From Hyaloraphidium curvatum SAG 235-1 (taxonomy: Eukaryota > Fungi > Monoblepharomycota): a DNA stretch of 64,000 bases. The stretch covers positions 186,001 to 250,000 of the forward strand of contig JAIVFI010000042.1 of the NCBI GenBank assembly GCA_025558095.1, written 5' to 3'. Shown here piece by piece: positions 56,572 through 64,000 of the stretch (within the stretch, counting starts at the first letter, position 1; each line of letters begins with the position of its first letter). Below the pieces are notes generated by a model, which saw only the letters and a list, made by a program, of their open reading frames with translations, searched no databases and was not told the origin of the DNA. The position numbers were made by a program, and so were the translations under genes.

Positions 56572-57557
56572 TCAAACCCGACGTACTACCTCGAGCCTAT
56601 CCTCGACCCCCTCGAACGCCAACTTGTGATACCCGGACTGAAAATGCGTGTTCAGATTGCCCAGGAGGCCCTTAGCCTTGTGCTTTACCAGATGGCACCA
56701 CGGGAACGAGCATACCGCCACTTCGCCCTTGGTGGGGCTCCGGTACAGTTCGCCGGCGTACGTTCCGGCAATCTTCCATCGGAGGAAGGAGCCTGCCGGC
56801 ACGGCATCAGGGACCTTCTTCGTCACCCGTTCCGCCTTCAAGCCCCAGACCGGCGACGACTTCTTCATCTGGCACATTCAGTGACGATCAGCGCTTGTGG
56901 GGCGTACTCCCGTCGAGCCGTTCACCTGCGCAATCTGCTCCCGGGCCTCCCCGCGCTGCACCACATGCCCCTCGTCTTTACCTGAAGTTGCCGTTTGGGC
57001 CGTCTGGAAGGCGCTCCCTTGTTCAGTGGCGGCCTCGAAGTCGCCTAAGTGGTCCAGCTCCCAAGAGGGCGCATGAAGCGTGACTGACAGCACGGGGACT
57101 TCGTCGGCCGCCTCGAGCTCCTCCCTCGAGTCCGCCGCCGACTCGCCCTCGCCGACGGAAGGCGCACCCTTCGACGACATCGCCGGCAGGAAGACGCCGG
57201 AGGTCCGGGTTGCGGCCGCGGCCGCGATCGGGTCGTTGCCTCTGGCCCCGCCAGCCTCGCGCAGCTTGGCGGTCCCGCCGGCCTCGCGCAGCTCGGCGAC
57301 GAGCCGACGGAGCACTCGGACCTCGACAACGACGTTCCCAGCCTCTTCGGCCAGCGGCAACATCCCGCGCATGGCGGCCAGACGCACCAGTTGCAGGAAG
57401 CAGTCGACCACGTCGTCCTCCTGGCGCGGCGCTGAGCTCCCGTTCGAGGACCACGCCGCTACGCTCTTACCTTGGTGCACAGCAGGACGTCGAAGGTCGG
57501 CAACCGAACCTCGAACCACGAACTCGGCGGGACGACGTTCGGCAGCTCCGCACTCAT
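56572..57557 (-). CDS. Antisense three-exon accessory gene (~292 aa) with C-terminal BED/C2H2-like zinc finger, inside the retrotransposon
   Basis: Exons 57557-57471, 57420-56926 and 56868-56572. Phase-0 introns of 50 nt (GTAAGA..CCAG) and 57 nt (GTGAAC..CTGAT..CCAG) each remove a stop. Motif CSFPWC-x16-H-x5-H (GNLNTHFQSGYH). Confidence 0.68.
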
Positions 57558-57696
57558 GACAGGCGCGGAGATCCCCCCAGCTCTTCTGGACCCTACGTCG
57601 CGATCCCCCGCGAGCGCTTTCGTCGACGCAATGGCGTACGGCCCTCGCTCGCGCCCCGTCCCCCGTGGCGGGGACTGGTGACCCGGTGTGCGGGCG

Positions 57697-57857
57697 AACT
57701 CGCGGTCGACTCGACTCGCAGTTGACTCGCGGTTGACTCGCGGTTGGCTCGCGGTTGACTCGCAAGTGACTCGCGAGTCACTCGCGAGTCGCTCGCAAGT
57801 CACTCGCGAGCGACTTGCGATGCACTCGCGAGTTGCCTGCGCTTCGCACCATATAAG
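57697..57857. promoter_or_regulatory. Internal array of ~12 x 11-bp LTR-type GACTCGCG repeats plus CATATAAG; putative bidirectional promoter
   Basis: Same unit as the LTR array (gtgactcgcgagtcactcgcgag is shared exactly); lies between the ATG at 57557 (-) and the ATG at 57926 (+). Confidence 0.75.
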
Positions 57858-57925
57858 CGGCGGACCACAGGAGGCCGCGGCCGCGGACTACGCACCCAAC
57901 GTCGACCTCGCCGCTACCGTCTCCC

Positions 57926-59191
57926 ATGGCGACCCCCACGACTGCCGGCCACAACCTGCGGCCCCGCCGGCCGCATGTGGCCACGGCGCCGCCGCCGGCG
58001 ACTGCGCCCGTCGCTGCGTTGCCTGGCGTCGTACCCCCGGACTATCGGTCGGCGCTTGCCTCCCTCTCGACCCGGCTGGACGACCTCCGGGCCGACCTCG
58101 ACGTCAGACACTCCCAGACGACGGCCCACTTGCACAAGGTCGAGCAGGCCGCCTTCTCCGCGGTCATGCCCATCCGCGCAGCCCTCGACGCACTCCACCC
58201 GGTGCTCAACACCCTCGTCAATGTCGGCAACCTGGAGCAGCACGCTCTTGACCGCGTAACGGCGACGCTCGAGCAGCAAGAGGCCCGCCTGGACGCCCAG
58301 ATCCGCCAGCAGCGTGACGAGCTCCAGGTGGTCCTCAGTGGCCGCCACCGCGAACTTGAGTTCGCCGTCACCGCCTTGCGCCGGACCGACGACGCTCGTC
58401 TCGGTGCCATCGAGACGCAGCTCGACCGGCTTGCGTTGGTGCTCGAGGCTCAACGTCAGAACTTCAACGGCATTCTCCTGGTGGACGAAGCTACCATCGA
58501 GGAGTTGAGGGAGTTCGGCTCTTCCCTCGCCGGGCTGGTTGCTCAGACCGGGACCAACCTCGAAACCACCATCGAGACCGTCGTCGAGACCAATCTCGCC
58601 CGTCACAACAATGGCCCCATGGCGGAGTTTGCGGCCGACCTCAAGAGCGTCCTGGCGGCCCATCTGCAGCGATTTGGGTCGGAGCAGCACAAGCAGCTCA
58701 TGCTTTCAGCTCAAGACCACACCACGCTCCTCACGGCCGGCCTGAACGCGCAGCGCGAGCACTTCACCAAGACCGCCGACGAGCAACGGGCCCTCCTGCG
58801 TCGCTTCCTCGGCAATCAAGTGGCTCCCCTGGCGGGGCAAACGACGCCCGCCGTGGTCACCTCCACGCCGGTCGGCCGCGTCAAGGACGAGGACCTCGTC
58901 ACCTCCGACGATGAGGCTGGGGATATGCAACCTCCAGCTCCTCGCCCCGAGAGCGTGTCCAGCAGCGACGCCTCCTCCATCGTCTCGCAGGACGACGGCC
59001 TCTTGGCCGCCCTGTACGACGACATCCCGGCCGCTCCCTACAAGTCGACCATGCCCCCGGTCTACACCCCCTCGGCCGCGGACGGCTCAGCCGTGCATGC
59101 CGCCTTCGCTCTCGGCTTTACCCGCCGGCTCCGCGCCCCGCCGCCGAGCGACGACGAGGCGGACGCCGACGTCGACTTTGAGGACGCCTAA
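57926..59191 (+). CDS. Retrotransposon ORF3: 421-aa helical/coiled-coil protein with N-terminal GHNLRPR motif and acidic tail
   Basis: Intronless ATG ORF ~70 nt after a TATA-like box; GC-ending codons like gag/pol; no signal peptide or TM segment. Confidence 0.85.
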   Translation: MATPTTAGHNLRPRRPHVATAPPPATAPVAALPGVVPPDYRSALASLSTRLDDLRADLDVRHSQTTAHLHKVEQAAFSAVMPIRAALDALHPVLNTLVNVGNLEQHALDRVTATLEQQEARLDAQIRQQRDELQVVLSGRHRELEFAVTALRRTDDARLGAIETQLDRLALVLEAQRQNFNGILLVDEATIEELREFGSSLAGLVAQTGTNLETTIETVVETNLARHNNGPMAEFAADLKSVLAAHLQRFGSEQHKQLMLSAQDHTTLLTAGLNAQREHFTKTADEQRALLRRFLGNQVAPLAGQTTPAVVTSTPVGRVKDEDLVTSDDEAGDMQPPAPRPESVSSSDASSIVSQDDGLLAALYDDIPAAPYKSTMPPVYTPSAADGSAVHAAFALGFTRRLRAPPPSDDEADADVDFEDA

Positions 59192-59322
59192 GCCACCCTT
59201 CGGCCCTACACTCTCCAACATCTGTTGTCTCCACCTCGGCCTTCAACATCTTCTACTGCAAGCATGACGTCACTCCGCGGAGGATCTTCGATTTCGTGGC
59301 GCCGAGGGCGGCGCCTTCTTTT

Positions 59323-59333
59323 GGGTGGGGGCG
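59323..59333 (+). other. Polypurine tract
   Basis: GGGTGGGGGCG directly before the 3' LTR. Confidence 0.7.
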
Positions 59334-59809
59334 TGCGAAGGTACAGGACGTCTGACATTCGGACAAGGGTATTTTCATTTTCGGTTCGGAGGCGTGGAGG
59401 CGTCGGTCCTCGCGATCGACTCGTGATCGACTCGCGATCGACTCGCGAGTGACTCGCGAGTCACTCGCGAGCGACTCGCGAGCGACTCGCAAGTGACTCG
59501 GCACAGCCACCCTCCTGGGATATATAAAGAGCGGGACATGTAACAGTACAATCTTGATCGCCAGTTGACTCTACGTGCTCTCCGTGTCGTTCGACCACCG
59601 TGCGGAACCCCGCCCGGCCGGATCCTCGTTCTGAGAGCCCTTGGGACGCACCCCGGGAGACATCCCGTAACCTCTTTCCCCCGGCTACAGTCAAGTATCT
59701 TCAGCGCTGTTCGCTTATTCATATTCAGGGCCTATCCGACCCGAAGAGCCGAGCGGGATTCGCGCGCCGGGTTAGAGCTTCAGGCCCGGTTCCGACCCGG
59801 ACCGTCGCA
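59334..59809 (+). repeat. 3' LTR (476 bp)
   Basis: Copy of 49155-49630; ORF-track translations inside the two LTRs are identical (offset 10179). Confidence 0.97.
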
Positions 59810-59847
59810 GAGTGGTGGCGCCGGAATCGCCTGTCGCTGTCTCCGCG

Positions 59848-61715
59848 ATGGCTCCTCCGCCCGAACAGTCCGACAGGATGGACGTCGACGACCATTCGTG
59901 CGTACCGCTCTCCACGACCTCCACGCCACCAATTCTGACGCTCTTATACTCAGTGATGACGACGTGGTGTTTCTCAGCGAGTTTGCTCCGGTCCGCTTCG
60001 CCCCGAGTTCTGCCCATATCAGCCCCCAGGACACACACACGCTCGCTATAGGCGCCTTCACCGTCAACGTCAAACCGCATCAAACGTTGTCGACCGAGGA
60101 AGTCGCTTTGCGCACAGACCGAATCAAGACCTACACCGATTCGGTGCTGTGGGCACGGGACCTCGTCTTCATTCAGGAACCTCTGGGCGACGCCGCCACG
60201 CTTGCTGGCAGGATGCTGCGCATGCCTGTCGATGCGCAACTATGGCGGTCGCATGTGGGCAACCGCCCAACCGTCTTTGCTCGCGCCGGCTTTGGAGGTT
60301 TTGAGCACGTTCACGTGCCTGACTTTGGCAGTTCCGCTCTGCTGCTCAGCACGCACCCCGATGCCTTTTCCGAGTTCATTTGGCTTTGCGGCGCATACCA
60401 CGTCAAACCTGAGCTCGGTGCCCTCGATGCTACCTCACGCTGTGCCTGGTCGTTCTGGGCCAACACGCAAGTTCCTGGCGTTGCACTTGTTGCCGCCTCG
60501 TTCTGGGGCCGCAAAAACCGATCCCGCGAGGGCGGGCGGCTCCCAGAGGGCGCAGATGGCATGGAACTGATCATGGCATTTGCGCTGGGAGCCATGCGTG
60601 TCTTGCGCACCAAGACCGGCTGTGACGTTGTTCTATGTCTCCTTGGTGGTGACGCGAACGACGACGGCACTTGGGTGACATGCATACGCAACCCACTGCG
60701 CGCCGGTGGCCGTTTGGAGAGCAAGTTCCACAGTCTCTCGGATGAGGCGCTCAGCCGAGATCTCGGCACCAAACGTAATGTCGACGGTCTGCTGTTGTGT
60801 GCTCTGCCGCCTCCGAACGCGGCAATGGACCGTTTGATTGGGCTGCGACGGCAGCACTGGGCACAAGGCGGTGTACCTGAGCGGATTGGCTCGCACCCCG
60901 TCGTTGGTGGTTGCTTCCTCGTGGACGTGCGGCCGCGTGCTGACGAGTGCGGACCTCTTCTCAAAGCCGAGGGTTCATTGCAGCCGGCAGACCAATTCGC
61001 CGATGTGGAAGGCACACCAGTGGAACCCGAACTGGTAGCGCCCCCAAGGTCCCCCATCACGTTGGACGGCGCTCAGGCCGCCCCCGGCCCGTTCTATGCC
61101 ATCACTGCCCCATCTTCCCCCCCGGCACCAGCGCAGACCGTGCGGGCAAGGGGGCGCCACCGGGGCCGCGCCGTGCCTGAGCCGAGGGAGAAGCAGGTTA
61201 GGGCAGCAACACCCGAGCACCTCAAGCTGGACCCCGACACCCTGCGTTCGACCATCATCAACGAGATGAAGACCGGCCTCATCCAGACTTTAATCACGAT
61301 GCTCCGAGAGACCGGATACACAGTGCCTGAGGCCGAGTCCTTCGCGATCCAATATCTCAAGAAACTCCACAACACCACGTATCAAACCCATGCCCAGCTC
61401 CGAAATCTCGACAGCAAGCGGTTCTATTGCGGACACAGGGGAGACACACCTGAGGCCTGCAAGAGTACCATCTCCTCGGAAATGCGCGGGGCCGGGTTTG
61501 ACACCTGCCACTCCGCCAACAAGGCCTTGATGGATCGCACCATGATCACAAACATGATAATCAGCCTGGAAGATGCCCGCCGGCTGATTCCGAACGCCGT
61601 TGCACGCTACGTCGATAGGGATGAGGCAGTGTGCAGTGTGCGCAACGTGCCCAAGGCGGATGGAAAGGGCAAGGGCAAGAAGGCGGCGGAAAGAGCCGGA
61701 TCGTCGTCGGACTAA
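59848..61715 (+). CDS. Exonuclease-endonuclease-phosphatase (DNase I-like) fold protein with unknown C-terminal domain; 5' end at or interrupted by the retrotransposon
   Basis: Ordered EEP motifs AFTVNV, DLVFIQE, LGGDAN, RNVDGLL, GSHPVV; intron ~59898-59953 (GTGCGT..CTGAC..CAG) joins MAPPPEQ..DHS to DDDVVF in frame. Confidence 0.6.
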
Positions 61716-61954
61716 GAAGAGCATGGAGCTTTAGGCATGTTCGATTGAGGGACGTCTTGGAACTTTCCTCATGGGGGCATAGCAAGCGACAGAACAGAGC
61801 ATCATCCCTTCCACTTGCCCACCCATCACGCCACCGCAGCCAGCCAGTTGCAAATGGGGTGCTGATACCGCCCGGGCCACACCTAGGGCCTGAACTCGCC
61901 CCCGACGACAACCACGGTGTTGGAGGTGGCCTCACTAGTGACCAGGTCACTCCA

Positions 61955-64000
61955 TCACGGTCGCGGCTGGTTGATCGGCACGTAGTTGGACTCGCTGCCG
62001 CAGTTCGCGAAACAGATCCTGTTCCAGTTCCACAGCGACGTCGACGTGTACTCCGGCACGAACCTCCCCGCGAGATCGGGGTAGAACGGCAGCGAGGTGG
62101 CGTCCTGCGTCGCCCTGTTGCTCCAGAAGCCCAGGTTGGTCGCGGCGACGGCCTTGGTGTGCGGGCTGCGGCACCGGTCCGCGCGGCTCTGGGTCACGTT
62201 GACCCGGTTGAGGAGCCCCTGGACGGTGATGAAGTCCCCGGCGGCATTCCGGGCGCGGACAAAGTACGTCGCGTGGTTGGCGTTGATGTCCGCCTGGGCG
62301 GCCTCGTTGCCGCCGACCACGGTGTCCGTGATCGCCGTTCCCTCCTCGATCTGCACCGACGGGCCGATGAGCACCGCGGCCATCTGCACCCGCGAGAAGG
62401 TGGAGTACTCCGCGAGCGCGTTGCGGGGCACGTTGAGCAGGGCCCCGCGGGCGCGGTGGCCGTAGGTGCGGATGCGCTTCGCGACGACGTTGCGGTCGTC
62501 GAACGCCGAGCTGGCGAGCCCCGCATCGATGGGGTTACTGGCGAACACGCCCGTGCTGGGCAGCCCGGAATCGAGCACGATGGTCCATGTGTCGGGTGCG
62601 ACCTGCTGGGCGGACAGCACGCCCCTGCGGACGCCCGTCGTCTGCAGGTTGTCCTTGTGGAAGAACTCGAGCCTGTCGCCCGGCTTGATTTGGTAGCGCC
62701 AAAGCGGCATGTTGGTGATCGTCAGCGTCCGCCGGTCCGGCGAGACCGTGATCGGCGAAAACACCGTCGTCTGGTGGAAGTTGACCGCGTCGTCGCCCTG
62801 GTACGCGAAAGTCGAATCCTTGACCATGATGCTCCCCTGCGTCAGCGTCGACCACACCCCGTCCGCGGCCCCCGACATGGGCCTGGGGCTCGTCAAGCCG
62901 ACCGGGACGGGCACGTCCACCCTGAGCCTGTCGATCCACACCTGCTTGGAGCCCGAGCCGACCCAGACGGCCTTGCCGGGCACCGAGCGGACGAACACGT
63001 CGCGGAGGATGCAGTTGACGCACAGCCGGAGGCGGAACCCGTGCACCTCGTAGGTGAGGTGCTTGATCATGTAGAGCTCGCCCGGGACGGGGGAGCCGCT
63101 GCCGAAGTTGTTCTTCTGGTTGTCGAACGAGATGGTGAAGGTCGGCCCGATCATCGCGTTGGCGCTCAGGCCGCCGTCGGCGACGGTGAGGTTCTGCACC
63201 GAAAGCATCTTGGCGTCGGGGAAGTCGCCGGCATGGAAGCGGAGCATGCTCCCTTTGGGCGCGCCGATCAGCGGCTCGCCGTTCCTCTGCTGGCGCTTGC
63301 CCAGGCGGCGACGGTTCTCCTGGACCTCGGGCACGAGGTAGAACTCGTACCGACCGCGCACGCCGATGGTGAGGAACTGCGGGTCCACGGGATGCACGGA
63401 TTGGTACGCAAAGATGGTATCCGAGTCGACGACGCCGCCGGGGGTGGGCGGGGAGATGAAGGTGAAGGTCCAGCTGGTCTTGTTCCCCGAGATGGATTGG
63501 GACACGAAGCGCGTGAGCGAGGCGATCCGCCAGCGGTTCCCTGCGGGCCGGCGGAGCGGGGCTGTTAGTCGTCGAACGATGGACGCAGCCGAAGCATCCT
63601 CACAATCCCAATCGACCTGGAAGTTCAGAAAGCGGCAGCGGTAGCAGTTGTTGATGTCGAAGAAGGGCAGCGCCAGGCCGTCCTCGGAAAAGGGCCCTGC
63701 GTCGATAGATGCCCGGGTAAAGAGCAGCAGCGCGCCGTTGCCGACGATGGTAAAGTCGTGCAGCGCCCAGCCAAACTTCAAGTGGGTCAGCTGGTAGGTC
63801 TTGCCCGCGGTGAAGATAACCTCGCACGGCCCCAAGTTGCCCGTGGCGATCTCGTGGCATCGATCCAACATGTTCTGCACGTTCCAGGTGACGTCGCCGC
63901 CGTTGTCCGCGCCCCAGTTCCACGAGTACAGCTTGTAGGTCTTTTGCTTTGCGTTGGGCGGCAGCGGCTCGCGCATCGTCCAGTTGAACCACTGAAAAGT
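61955..64000 (-). CDS. Right-handed parallel beta-helix protein (pectin-lyase-like / GH110-like), 5' end outside window
   Basis: MSGAADGV, STFAYQGDDAVNFH, HRARGALL; repeating beta-helix pattern; probable in-frame intron near 63541-63604. Confidence 0.7.
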   Translation of the reverse strand, partial: TFQWFNWTMREPLPPNAKQKTYKLYSWNWGADNGGDVTWNVQNMLDRCHEIATGNLGPCEVIFTAGKTYQLTHLKFGWALHDFTIVGNGALLLFTRASIDAGPFSEDGLALPFFDINNCYRCRFLNFQVDWDCEDASAASIVRRLTAPLRRPAGNRWRIASLTRFVSQSISGNKTSWTFTFISPPTPGGVVDSDTIFAYQSVHPVDPQFLTIGVRGRYEFYLVPEVQENRRRLGKRQQRNGEPLIGAPKGSMLRFHAGDFPDAKMLSVQNLTVADGGLSANAMIGPTFTISFDNQKNNFGSGSPVPGELYMIKHLTYEVHGFRLRLCVNCILRDVFVRSVPGKAVWVGSGSKQVWIDRLRVDVPVPVGLTSPRPMSGAADGVWSTLTQGSIMVKDSTFAYQGDDAVNFHQTTVFSPITVSPDRRTLTITNMPLWRYQIKPGDRLEFFHKDNLQTTGVRRGVLSAQQVAPDTWTIVLDSGLPSTGVFASNPIDAGLASSAFDDRNVVAKRIRTYGHRARGALLNVPRNALAEYSTFSRVQMAAVLIGPSVQIEEGTAITDTVVGGNEAAQADINANHATYFVRARNAAGDFITVQGLLNRVNVTQSRADRCRSPHTKAVAATNLGFWSNRATQDATSLPFYPDLAGRFVPEYTSTSLWNWNRICFANCGSESNYVPINQPRP

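Larger units (their letters stand above)
49155..59809 (+). mobile_element. Full-length Ty3/gypsy chromodomain LTR retrotransposon with extra accessory genes
   Basis: Two 476-bp LTRs with TG..CA ends, GAGT TSD (49151-49154 and 59810-59813), PBS, PPT, gag, and pol in PR-RT-RH-IN-chromodomain order. Confidence 0.98.

Noticed and set aside
56434-56985. Plus-strand 183-aa ORF after pol
   Set aside because: No recognisable motif; overlaps the pol end and the better-supported antisense zinc-finger exon. Not fully excluded.
57926-59191. ORF3 as an envelope gene
   Set aside because: No signal peptide, TM anchor or cysteine pattern.
59565-59847. N-terminal extension of the 716-aa ORF into the LTR
   Set aside because: Non-ATG start inside the LTR and read-through of a probable intron; a chance open frame.
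59848-61715. EEP ORF as a LINE/non-LTR retrotransposon
   Set aside because: No RT domain follows, no poly(A) tail, and it has a spliceosomal intron.
47812-61918. 31-bp inverted match as TIRs of a DNA transposon
   Set aside because: The left copy is coding sequence of a host gene, no transposase lies between, and no TSD is seen; kept only as a relic.
1-64000. tRNA/rRNA genes, or a prokaryotic origin of the contig
   Set aside because: No RNA gene recognised by eye. Spliceosomal introns, calcineurin and eukaryotic PheRS beta show a eukaryote despite high GC.

Overview
GC-rich, intron-rich eukaryotic DNA with short (~50-75 nt) GT-AG introns. Gene content and style suggest an early-diverging, chytrid-like fungus (inference; possibly a monoblepharid such as Hyaloraphidium). 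Most long six-frame ORFs are GC shadow frames. Host genes: an ankyrin protein, a beta-lactamase-family serine hydrolase, an AlkB dioxygenase, a G8/CEMIP-like protein, two frameshifted MYND proteins, coiled-coil proteins, a secreted EGF protein, PheRS beta, a Pro-rich zinc-finger protein, an F-box-like/nucleotidyltransferase protein, a head-to-head vWA pair, calcineurin A, five acyl-CoA/oxidoreductase enzymes, a LiaF-like protein, an EEP-fold protein and a beta-helix protein. The dominant feature is an intact, apparently very recent 10.65-kb Ty3/gypsy chromodomain LTR retrotransposon (49155-59809). It has 476-bp LTRs with no visible differences, a 4-bp TSD, a tRNA-Tyr-type PBS and a -1 gag/pol frameshift. 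Between pol and the 3' LTR it carries an unusual 2.8-kb accessory cassette. An internal copy of the LTR's 11-bp ACTCGCGAGT repeat array lies between two divergent genes: an antisense, two-intron gene predicted to encode a BED/C2H2-like zinc-finger protein, and a sense intronless coiled-coil ORF with a foamy-virus-like 'GHNLRPR' motif. This cassette is the best candidate for an undescribed system. All calls are from manual reading; no searches were run.
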